Shown one piece after another: positions 24,948 through 32,000 of a stretch of DNA of 32,000 bases. Both the position numbers and the translations under genes were made by a program. The stretch comes from an archaeon. GTDB taxonomy: Archaea; Iainarchaeota; Iainarchaeia; Iainarchaeales; CSSED10-239. Below the pieces are notes generated by a model, which saw only the letters and a list, made by a program, of their open reading frames with translations, was not told the DNA's origin and did not search any database. The DNA lies in the NCBI GenBank assembly GCA_035390665.1, contig DAOOUC010000002.1, forward strand, positions 90,001 through 122,000, in the 5' to 3' direction. Position 1 is the first letter of the stretch. Each line of letters begins with the position of its first letter.

Positions 24948-26138
24948 ATGTATTTATTTTTACTTGGAAGAGATAAAGAACTTTCAAAACTTGAGCTTGC
25001 AATATATTTGCAAAAAAATAAAATTTCTTATTCTATCATTTCTAATTCTGAAAAATATTTAATCTTAGATATAAAAGAAAAGGAAAAGGAACTTATCAAT
25101 TTAACTCAAAATCTTGGGGGTATTGTTAGAGTTTGTAAAATTTATATATCTGCTAAAAAGATAACTAAAGAAATTATTGATAAATTAGATTTTAATGTTC
25201 CAAAAAAATTTAATTACACGATATCCAGTATTGATATAAATCAGAGAGAAATAGAAGCAGTTGAACAATTATTAAAACAGAGTTTTAAGGAAGAAAAAGC
25301 TAAGGCAGTTTATAAAAAGCCAATAAATCATTCTGAGAAAAAATCTAAATTTAATACAAATTATATTGCAAATCCGGATAATTATTATTCTTGGAAAATT
25401 GAAAATGGTTTGGAATTATTTGTAATTAAAAATTCAGATACTTATTATTTTGCAAGAACAATATCTTGTTTTGATCCTAAACAAAATATAATTAAAGATA
25501 AAGGACGCCCAGCAATAAAAGAAATGTATAATACATCTTTTAGATTAGTTTCAATTATGATTAATCTTTTAGGTCTTGAAAAAGGTAAAACTATTGTAGA
25601 TCCGTTTTGTGGAACAGGAACTTTCTTAATAGAAGGACTTATTAAAGGTTATAGTGTTGTGGGTATTGATGTCGATCAAGAGATGGTAGAAGCAAGTAAT
25701 AAAAATGTTTCTTGGGCAATAAAAGAATTTAAATTAAAGGGTAATTATAAAATAATTAAAGGTAATTCAGGGACATCTAAATTTCAAGCAGATGCATCTG
25801 TCTTTGAACCATATATGGGGCCATTTTTACGTAAAGCAATTAATATTGATAAAGCAAGAGCAACAATTAAAGAATTAAATGATATTTATTTTCAAGTTTT
25901 TGAAAATCTTTCAAAACAGTTACCTAAGAAATCAAAAGTGGTTTGTATTCTACCAGAATTGAAAACTTTTGATAATAAAGTTGTTCCAATTAACTGGGCA
26001 GTTTATGAAAAAAATGGATTTAGTTTAGTTGATGTTTCAAAAATTGATTGTACTTTAGGATTAAGAAATCCAATAAATTATTCTACACCTAGTGGATCAA
26101 TGATTAATAGAAAAATATATATTTTAGAAAGATTATGA
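24948..26138 (+). CDS. THUMP-domain SAM-dependent RNA methyltransferase (Trm11/TrmG10-like)
   Basis: N-terminal LLGRDKELSKLELAIYL; Rossmann motif KTIVDPFCGTGTFLIEGLIKGYSVVGIDVDQEMVEASNKNV; ADASVFEPYMGP catalytic-loop region. Confidence 0.88.
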   Translation: MYLFLLGRDKELSKLELAIYLQKNKISYSIISNSEKYLILDIKEKEKELINLTQNLGGIVRVCKIYISAKKITKEIIDKLDFNVPKKFNYTISSIDINQREIEAVEQLLKQSFKEEKAKAVYKKPINHSEKKSKFNTNYIANPDNYYSWKIENGLELFVIKNSDTYYFARTISCFDPKQNIIKDKGRPAIKEMYNTSFRLVSIMINLLGLEKGKTIVDPFCGTGTFLIEGLIKGYSVVGIDVDQEMVEASNKNVSWAIKEFKLKGNYKIIKGNSGTSKFQADASVFEPYMGPFLRKAINIDKARATIKELNDIYFQVFENLSKQLPKKSKVVCILPELKTFDNKVVPINWAVYEKNGFSLVDVSKIDCTLGLRNPINYSTPSGSMINRKIYILERL

Positions 26139-26159
26139 ATTTAAAGGAGTGAATAGGAT

Positions 26160-26621
26160 ATGGAAAGAACATTATTGATATTTAAACCTGATGCACTAAA
26201 TAGAGCGTTAGTTGGAGAAATTTTACATAGATTTGAAAGAAAAGGATTAAAGATTGTAGGAATGAAAATGATGTATCTTAGTGATGACTTACTTGATGAA
26301 CACTATTCTCATCTTAAAGACAAACCCTTTTTTCCAAGAATAAAAAAGTTTATGAAGAGTGCACCTTCAATTCTTTGTGTTCTTGAGGGAAACAACGTAA
26401 TTAGTGTTGTTAGAAATTTAGTGGGAGTTACAAGAGGTTATGAAGCAGCTTCAGGCACAATAAGGGGAGATTATTCCTTAAGTGGGCAATGTAATGTAGT
26501 CCATGCATCTGATTCTATTGTTGCTTCAGACATTGAAATTGCTAGATTTTTTAAAGATAATGAATTGTTTAATTACGAAAAAGTTGATTTAAATTTTGTA
26601 TATGCAGAAGACGAGAAATAA
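26160..26621 (+). CDS. ndk: Nucleoside diphosphate kinase
   Basis: ERTLLIFKPDALNRALVGEIL, VRNLVGVTRGYEAASGTIRGDYSLSGQCNVVHASDS. Confidence 0.97.
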   Translation: MERTLLIFKPDALNRALVGEILHRFERKGLKIVGMKMMYLSDDLLDEHYSHLKDKPFFPRIKKFMKSAPSILCVLEGNNVISVVRNLVGVTRGYEAASGTIRGDYSLSGQCNVVHASDSIVASDIEIARFFKDNELFNYEKVDLNFVYAEDEK

Positions 26622-26630
26622 TTTTTCGTC
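26610..26630 (+). terminator. Stop-codon-overlapping terminator-like hairpin of ndk
   Basis: GACGAGAAA-TAA-TTTTTCGTC (9 pairs including one G:T) followed by CTTTTTCTTTAATTTTT. Confidence 0.45.
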
Positions 26631-26859
26631 CTTTTTCTTTAATTTTTGATAAATGATAATAATTTCATTTGTTTTTGTAGTTGCCTGCAAAACAACAGCT
26701 TATTTGAAATCACAGTTCATGAAATTTGTTTCATGTTTGTAGAATTATAAATGAACCTGTTTTCATATTAAAAAAATAAAAAGCTTTATATATATAATGC
26801 TACACAATTATTATATAATATTTTTCCAAATGGGGAAGGAAAAGGTAAAACGGGGTGAA

Positions 26860-26937
26860 ATGAAAATGGTTGCAAAGAAAAAGCCTGCTGCAAAAAAAAC
26901 AACAGCAAAGCCTAAAGCAAAAGCAAAGAAGAAGTAA
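26860..26937 (+). CDS. Lys/Ala-rich basic microprotein (25 aa), not in ORF track
   Basis: ATG AAA ATG GTT GCA ... encodes MKMVAKKKPAAKKTTAKPKAKAKKK, preceded by SD-like GGGGTG and TATA-like TTTATATATATAAT; terminator-like stem over the stop codon. Confidence 0.55.
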   Translation: MKMVAKKKPAAKKTTAKPKAKAKKK

Positions 26938-27119
26938 ATCTTAGGTAACTAGATTTATTCTTTTTATTTTATTTTTTTTCTATTTCTATTTTTTCTAAAT
27001 CTTTCTTAAGATATTATCTTTATGTACTTTTTTAAAAAAGTCAGGTTTTAAATCTTTCTTTTCATATATATATACAAATTAATTAATTTAATTTGAAATA
27101 ACAAGAAAACAGTGAGACT

Positions 27120-27263
27120 ATGAAATACGAAACAAAGATGTGTCAATTTTGTAAAAATGTTACAAGACACAGAGTAGATGAAGAAACTGGCGAAGAAATT
27201 TGTTTAAAGTGTAATAATGAACCGCCAAAGGCAAAAGATTATAGATTTAAAGGATTTAGATAA
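27120..27263 (+). CDS. Small zinc-ribbon-like protein (47 aa), not in ORF track
   Basis: MKYETKMCQFCKNVTRHRVDEETGEEICLKCNNEPPKAKDYRFKGFR with CxxC...CxxC spacing; upstream TATA-like sequence and downstream terminator-like stem. Confidence 0.75.
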   Translation: MKYETKMCQFCKNVTRHRVDEETGEEICLKCNNEPPKAKDYRFKGFR

Positions 27264-27272
27264 AGATCCTTT
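27249..27272 (+). terminator. Stop-codon-overlapping terminator-like hairpin of the zinc-ribbon microprotein gene
   Basis: AAAGGAT-TTAGATAAAG-ATCCTTT followed by CTTTTTATTTTTT. Confidence 0.45.
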
Positions 27273-27399
27273 CTTTTTATTTTTTAATCACTCATCTTTA
27301 CGGTTTTTCTTGATTTCATAAAAAAGCAAGTTTTTTAATATATAGCGCCTTTATATTTTATTGTAATTATAAAAATTAAACTAGTAAATAGGTAAATCA

Positions 27400-27732
27400 A
27401 TGTCAGTCATACTTTGTAATAGACACAACTTTGAAGAGGAAGTGGTTGAATCAGATGTACCTGTGGTTATTTATTTTTGGGAAACTCTTTCTGGGCCATC
27501 AAGGGCTCTTAATTTAACTTTTGAAGAACTTAGTAATGAATATAATAATAAGATTAAATTTCTTAAAATTAATAGTGAAGAAAACAAGCCAATTTCAACA
27601 ATGTTTAATATTGATGAAGTGCCTTGTATTGTTATTATGAAACGTGGTGGAGAAATGGGTAGAATTGTAGGATTTGAACCAAAACCTATTTTAAAACAAA
27701 AAATAGACCACATTCTTTCAAGATTAAGATAA
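27400..27732 (+). CDS. Thioredoxin-fold protein with SGPS in place of CGPC
   Basis: VVIYFWETLSGPSRALNLTFEELSNEY..IKFLKINSEENKPISTMFNIDEVPCIVIMKRGGEMGRIVGF aligns with thioredoxin including the cis-Pro position. Confidence 0.9.
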   Translation: MSVILCNRHNFEEEVVESDVPVVIYFWETLSGPSRALNLTFEELSNEYNNKIKFLKINSEENKPISTMFNIDEVPCIVIMKRGGEMGRIVGFEPKPILKQKIDHILSRLR

Positions 27733-27821
27733 AATTATTGTAGATAAATAATATGCAATCGTATATTAAAAATATACATTAAAACAAACTCTTTTTATAT
27801 ATAATCTAACATATATTATAT

Positions 27822-28064
27822 ATGCAATTAAGCAAATCAAAACCACTTTCTTGGTATACAGAAATTTTTACAAGTGGTTATCTTAAATCTCATATATTTT
27901 CTACATTATTTATCTATGCAATTCTAGTAATTATCTTAATGGCATTAATAAACGAAATAAAGACATTTGAAATTTTATCTTTTGGTAAATTTATATTAAA
28001 AGTAATATTTTCAATAATTATAATATATTTAATCAAATTATTTTTTGAAAAATTTAATATTTAA
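27822..28064 (+). CDS. Small two-TM membrane protein of unknown function
   Basis: 80 aa with two hydrophobic helices (LFIYAILVIILMALI; FILKVIFSIIIIYLIKLFF). Confidence 0.55.
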   Translation: MQLSKSKPLSWYTEIFTSGYLKSHIFSTLFIYAILVIILMALINEIKTFEILSFGKFILKVIFSIIIIYLIKLFFEKFNI

Positions 28065-28076
28065 GAAGGGAAAACC

Positions 28077-29171
28077 ATGACTCTAACAACAGAAGAAAGA
28101 TTAAAACTAATTAAAGAAGTTTCTGAAGAAATTATTGGTGAAGTTGAATTAATTGAGCTTTTAAAATCTAATAAACCACTGATTGCTTATGATGGTTTTG
28201 AACCTTCAGGAAGAATTCATATTGCTCAAGGATTAATGAGAGCAATTAATGTTAATAAACTTTCTAAAGCAGGAATTCATTTTAAATTTTGGGTGGCTGA
28301 CTGGTTTGCTTTAATGAATAATAAAATGGACGGAGATTTAGAAAAAATACAAACGGTTGGAAAATATTTTATAGAAGTTTGGAAAGCTTCAGGAATGGAT
28401 ATGAAAAATTGTGAGTTTTTGTGGGCTTCTGAGAATATGGATCAAGAATATTGGTTAATGGTTTTAAAGATTGCAAGAATCAACACAGTTGCAAGAATAA
28501 CAAGATGTTCTCAGATTATGGGCAGAACAGATAAAGATGAGCTTTCAGCAGCTCAAATTTTTTATCCTTGTATGCAAGCAGCAGACATTTGGAATCTTAA
28601 AGCAGATATAGCACAACTTGGAATGGATCAAAGAAAGGTAAATGTTCTTGCAAGAGAAAGTTTTCCAAAACTCGGCCTTAAAAAACCAATAGCAATACAT
28701 CATCACATGCTTATGGGTTTAACAGAACCAAAAACAGAAGGATTAGAAGGAGCAGAAGCAGCAATAGCAAAAAAGATGTCTAAATCAAATCCAGATTCTG
28801 CAATTTTTATGACTGACACAACAGAAGAAATTAATAAAAAATTTAAGAAGGCATATTGCCCAGAAGGAATTGTAGAAGACAATCCAGTATTAGAATATTG
28901 TAAATATATAATATTTGAAAAAATAAAAGACGGAACTTTAAAAGAATTTAAAGTAGAAAGACCTGAAAAGTTTGGAGGTAATGTTATCTATAAAGATTAT
29001 TCTGAACTTGAAAAGGATTTTATAGAGAAGAAATTACATCCAATGGATTTGAAAGCATCAAGTGCAAAGTATATTGATGAGCTTTTGGAACCAGTAAGAA
29101 AACATTTCCAAATAGATGAAAAAGCTAAAGAACTTTTGACAAAAGTTGAAAGTTATATTATTACAAAATAG
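28077..29171 (+). CDS. tyrS: Tyrosine--tRNA ligase, archaeal type
   Basis: AYDGFEPSGRIHIAQGL, KFWVADWFALMN, IFYPCMQAADIW, LGMDQRKVNVLARE, KMSKSNPDSAIFMTDT. Confidence 0.95.
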   Translation: MTLTTEERLKLIKEVSEEIIGEVELIELLKSNKPLIAYDGFEPSGRIHIAQGLMRAINVNKLSKAGIHFKFWVADWFALMNNKMDGDLEKIQTVGKYFIEVWKASGMDMKNCEFLWASENMDQEYWLMVLKIARINTVARITRCSQIMGRTDKDELSAAQIFYPCMQAADIWNLKADIAQLGMDQRKVNVLARESFPKLGLKKPIAIHHHMLMGLTEPKTEGLEGAEAAIAKKMSKSNPDSAIFMTDTTEEINKKFKKAYCPEGIVEDNPVLEYCKYIIFEKIKDGTLKEFKVERPEKFGGNVIYKDYSELEKDFIEKKLHPMDLKASSAKYIDELLEPVRKHFQIDEKAKELLTKVESYIITK

Positions 29172-29177
29172 ATAATT

Positions 29178-30866
29178 ATGTCAAACAACGATGCAATCAA
29201 ACTGTTAATTTTAGAAAATGCCGTAAAATATAAAGGAACAGCAGATAAGAAGTTTGTGTTTGGTGGGGTATTAGCAAACCACCCAGAATATAGAACTAAA
29301 CAACAAGAATTGCACGAAATCTTGGACAAGCTTATATCAGAAATTAACTCTTTGGATTTAGACACTCAAAAACAAGAACTTGAAAAGTTAAATCCAAACT
29401 TTTTTGATAAAAAAGATAAAGTTGAACGTAACATTTTTGCTTTTCTAAATATAAAAAACGGAGATAAAGTCATAAGTGCTTTTCCACCAAGTCCAGAAAA
29501 GTATTATCACATAGGGCATGCAAAAGCAATTCTTCTTAATTATCTTTTGTCTCAAAAATATAATGGAAAGTTCTATTTAAGATTTGAAGACACAAATCCA
29601 GAAAAGGTTTTGCCGGAGTTTTATACAATAATGCTTGAAGACATTGGTTGGCTTGGTGTTAAATGGGATCAGGTTCAATATGCTTCAGATCATATGGATT
29701 TATTTATATCTTGTGCAGAGAAATTAATTAAAGAAAACAAAGCTTACATGTGTTTCTGTAAACCAGAAGAAGCAAGTGATAAAAGAGCAAAAGGAGAAGA
29801 TTGTTCTTGTAGAAATCACACCCTTGAAGAAAATTTAAAATTCTGGAATGAGTTTTCAAGTTATCCTGAAGGTAAAGCAGTTTTAAGATTAAAGATTGAC
29901 ATGAAACACAAGAATTACAGAATGAGAGATCCAACAATCTTTAGAAGAATAGATACAAAACACCCAAGAATAGGCGATAAATATAATATTTATCCAATGT
30001 ATGATTTTCAAAATCCAATAATGGATGGTTATTTTAATATTACTCATAGACTGAGAACAGTTGAGTTTGAGATGGCTAGTGAGTTACATCATTATATTAG
30101 AAATATTTTAGGTCTTTATGACACCTATACCTATGAGTTTTCAAGACTTAACTTTGAAGGAACAGAGTCAAGTGGAAGAGTAATTAGAGAAAAAGTAGAG
30201 TCTGGAGAATTGATTGGTTGGGATGATCCAAGTCTTCCAACTTTAAGGGCATTAAAAAGAAGAGGTTTTACCCCCCAAGCAATTACTCAAATGGTAATTG
30301 AAAGCGGGATAACAAAATCTTCTGGTTCTTTATTGACTTGGGATACTTTAATAAAATATAATAAAAGAATATTAAACGACAGCTCAAAAAGATTCTTTTT
30401 TATTAAAGAACCGACAGAAATATTAATATCAGAAGACAAAAATAAAGAATTTTTATTAGAGATGCATCCAAGTGTTTCTTTGGGTAAAAGAAATTTCAAA
30501 TCAACAGGGAAATATTATCTTGAAAAAGAAGATGTTGATTCTTTTAAAGATGGAGTTTTAGTAAGATTAATGGATAATATTAATTTTATTTATACAAAAA
30601 AAATAAATAAATTCCATTCAGAGGATTATTTAAATTTTAAAAATTTTAAAGAAGAGAAGAAGATTATTCACTTTCTTCCAGCAGATAAAAATCAATTGTT
30701 AACTGCAACAATCTTTATGCCTGATCATAGAATTATCAAAGGAATTGCAGAAAAGAATATTCAATCTTTAAAGGTTGGAGAGATTATTCAATTTGAAAGA
30801 TTTGGATTCTGTAGATTGGATTCAATAACTGAAGAAAATGTTTATAACTTTTGGTTTACACATTAA
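29178..30866 (+). CDS. gltX: Glutamate--tRNA ligase, archaeal type
   Basis: AFPPSPEKYYHIGHAKAILLNY, LRFEDTNPEKVLPEFYTIMLEDI, TYEFSRLNFEG, GWDDPSLPTLRALKRRGF. Confidence 0.95.
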   Translation: MSNNDAIKLLILENAVKYKGTADKKFVFGGVLANHPEYRTKQQELHEILDKLISEINSLDLDTQKQELEKLNPNFFDKKDKVERNIFAFLNIKNGDKVISAFPPSPEKYYHIGHAKAILLNYLLSQKYNGKFYLRFEDTNPEKVLPEFYTIMLEDIGWLGVKWDQVQYASDHMDLFISCAEKLIKENKAYMCFCKPEEASDKRAKGEDCSCRNHTLEENLKFWNEFSSYPEGKAVLRLKIDMKHKNYRMRDPTIFRRIDTKHPRIGDKYNIYPMYDFQNPIMDGYFNITHRLRTVEFEMASELHHYIRNILGLYDTYTYEFSRLNFEGTESSGRVIREKVESGELIGWDDPSLPTLRALKRRGFTPQAITQMVIESGITKSSGSLLTWDTLIKYNKRILNDSSKRFFFIKEPTEILISEDKNKEFLLEMHPSVSLGKRNFKSTGKYYLEKEDVDSFKDGVLVRLMDNINFIYTKKINKFHSEDYLNFKNFKEEKKIIHFLPADKNQLLTATIFMPDHRIIKGIAEKNIQSLKVGEIIQFERFGFCRLDSITEENVYNFWFTH

Positions 30867-30882
30867 AAAGGAGAAATAAAAG

Positions 30883-31446
30883 ATGTTACAAAAAATAAAT
30901 GATGAAGTATATAAGATTGCATGTGATTCAAACATGTATTACATAAAACCATTAGAGCTTGTAATTGATACAGGTAATTTTCAAGAAAGAGCAATGGTTG
31001 AAAGAGAGTTGAAAAGTGTAGTTGATCCCGCAACCATAAAAACAGTTATCTTTACTCATCTTCATTATGATCACATAGGTAACTTCAATATGTTTCCTAA
31101 TGCCAAATTTTATGCGCATAAAGACGAAATTTCTTATTTTGAAATGAACAAAGAAGGAGCTGTATTAAATCCAGTAATTGTTAAGAAATTTACTCCAAAA
31201 TTAATTAGTATTGCAAGATTAAAACTACCTAAAAGATATGAGATTATTCACACACCCGGTCATACAGGTGGTTCAATATGTATCCTAGATAATGTAAAAA
31301 AAATTCTTTTCTCAGGAGACACACTTTTCTATGACGGTCATGGAAGAGTTGATCTTCCAAGTTCTGAAGCAAAAAAGATGGAAAAAACCTTAGATTTGAT
31401 AGCAGATCTTGATTTTGAAACTCTTTGCCCAGGTCACGATTATTAA
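30883..31446 (+). CDS. Metallo-beta-lactamase fold hydrolase (glyoxalase II-like)
   Basis: TVIFTHLHYDHIGNFNMF, IHTPGHTGGSICILD, FSGDTLFYDGHGRVDLP, TLCPGHDY. Confidence 0.92.
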   Translation: MLQKINDEVYKIACDSNMYYIKPLELVIDTGNFQERAMVERELKSVVDPATIKTVIFTHLHYDHIGNFNMFPNAKFYAHKDEISYFEMNKEGAVLNPVIVKKFTPKLISIARLKLPKRYEIIHTPGHTGGSICILDNVKKILFSGDTLFYDGHGRVDLPSSEAKKMEKTLDLIADLDFETLCPGHDY

Positions 31447-31458
31447 TTTTGAAAAATT

Positions 31459-32000
31459 ATGGAACAAGAGAAACATTCTTTTGAAACAATTGTTTTAAAT
31501 AATGAAAAAGACGTTCTTGATTTCTATAAGCAAAATCCAACAAAATTTAGGCAAATCTATGATATCTTTGATAAAGAATTACATCTTGGTTCTCATCAAA
31601 AATTTCAGGAATGGGTAAAAGAGCTAGCAGCTGGTCCAAAGACTACTTTTTTTCTAATTACTAATAATAAAGAAGTAATTGGAGCAATCTATGGATATGA
31701 TGTTGTGTTAAAAAAGCATTTTGAGTTATCAATGGTTGGTATAAAAAAAGAATATCAAGGAAAACTCTATGGCACAAAACTTATGGCAAAAGCAATGTCA
31801 ATAATTTTTAGAAAAGGTTATGAAAAGATTGAAATGCTTGCTTTAGAGAAAACAAAAAGAATAAATTCTTATTTAACTGGAGAATTAGCAGATAAATTAG
31901 GAAAAAAAAGAAAATTTATATCAGATTTTGAATATAAATTAACCACAGATCCTAAAAACACCTCTAAGCAAAAAATAACAAGGGTTTCAAAACCGAGAAG
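31459..32000 (+). CDS. Probable GNAT-family acetyltransferase, 3' end beyond window
   Basis: ATG at 31459 with open frame to window end; MVGIKKEYQGKLYGTKLMAKAMSIIFRKGYEKIEM..ALEKTKRINSYL resembles GNAT acetyl-CoA binding and subsequent strand. Confidence 0.75.
   Translation, partial: MEQEKHSFETIVLNNEKDVLDFYKQNPTKFRQIYDIFDKELHLGSHQKFQEWVKELAAGPKTTFFLITNNKEVIGAIYGYDVVLKKHFELSMVGIKKEYQGKLYGTKLMAKAMSIIFRKGYEKIEMLALEKTKRINSYLTGELADKLGKKRKFISDFEYKLTTDPKNTSKQKITRVSKPR

Noticed and set aside
24757-25062. Plus-strand 101-aa ORF rich in Gln/Leu overlapping L10e tail
   Set aside because: Out-of-frame translation of the GCA/AAA-rich repeat of L10e; no homology features.
30100-30250. Apparent loss of the KMSKS-class motif in GluRS (ESSGRVIRE)
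   Set aside because: Archaeal GluRS proteins often have an LSxSxIR-type sequence here rather than KMSKS; without an alignment I cannot call this degenerate.
1-32000. CRISPR arrays, transposases, integrases, toxin-antitoxin or restriction systems
   Set aside because: No spaced direct repeats or recognisable defence or mobile gene products were seen in any reading frame provided.

Overview
This window is a compact, AT-rich, gene-dense archaeal segment. The gene content (NMD3-family protein, archaeal L10e, archaeal-type TyrRS and GluRS, FlaK-like prepilin peptidase, archaeal secretion-ATPase and GspF/TadC homologues, small proteins, frequent gene overlaps) suggests a DPANN lineage such as Woesearchaeota or Pacearchaeota; that placement is inference. 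Most genes are housekeeping: serS, NYN protein, SMC, nucleotide kinase, tRNA-Arg(CCU), TrkH/TrkA, NMD3, beta-CASP nuclease, L10e, THUMP methyltransferase, ndk, tyrS, gltX. I see no CRISPR array or obvious mobile element. The strongest unusual signal is a type IV filament/type II secretion-like cluster at about 18.1-23.3 kb. It has an apparently intact A24 peptidase, two separate GspF-like membrane proteins, and a 788-aa secretion-ATPase homologue that has lost the Walker A, Asp box, Walker B and His box motifs while keeping the rest of the fold recognisable. Two other apparent pseudoenzymes occur nearby: a PHP-fold protein without its metal ligands and a thioredoxin-like protein with SGPS in place of CGPC. 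Other notable signals are a multi-hairpin element with an 18-nt perfect palindrome downstream of an FKBP/SlyD-like gene, a possible independent ncRNA upstream of L10e, recurrent short stem-loops that overlap stop codons and precede T-rich tracts, two unannotated microprotein ORFs, an Ala/Pro/Lys-rich repeat tail on L10e, and a shared juxtamembrane motif in two surface proteins. Everything was read by eye; no database search or folding software was run.
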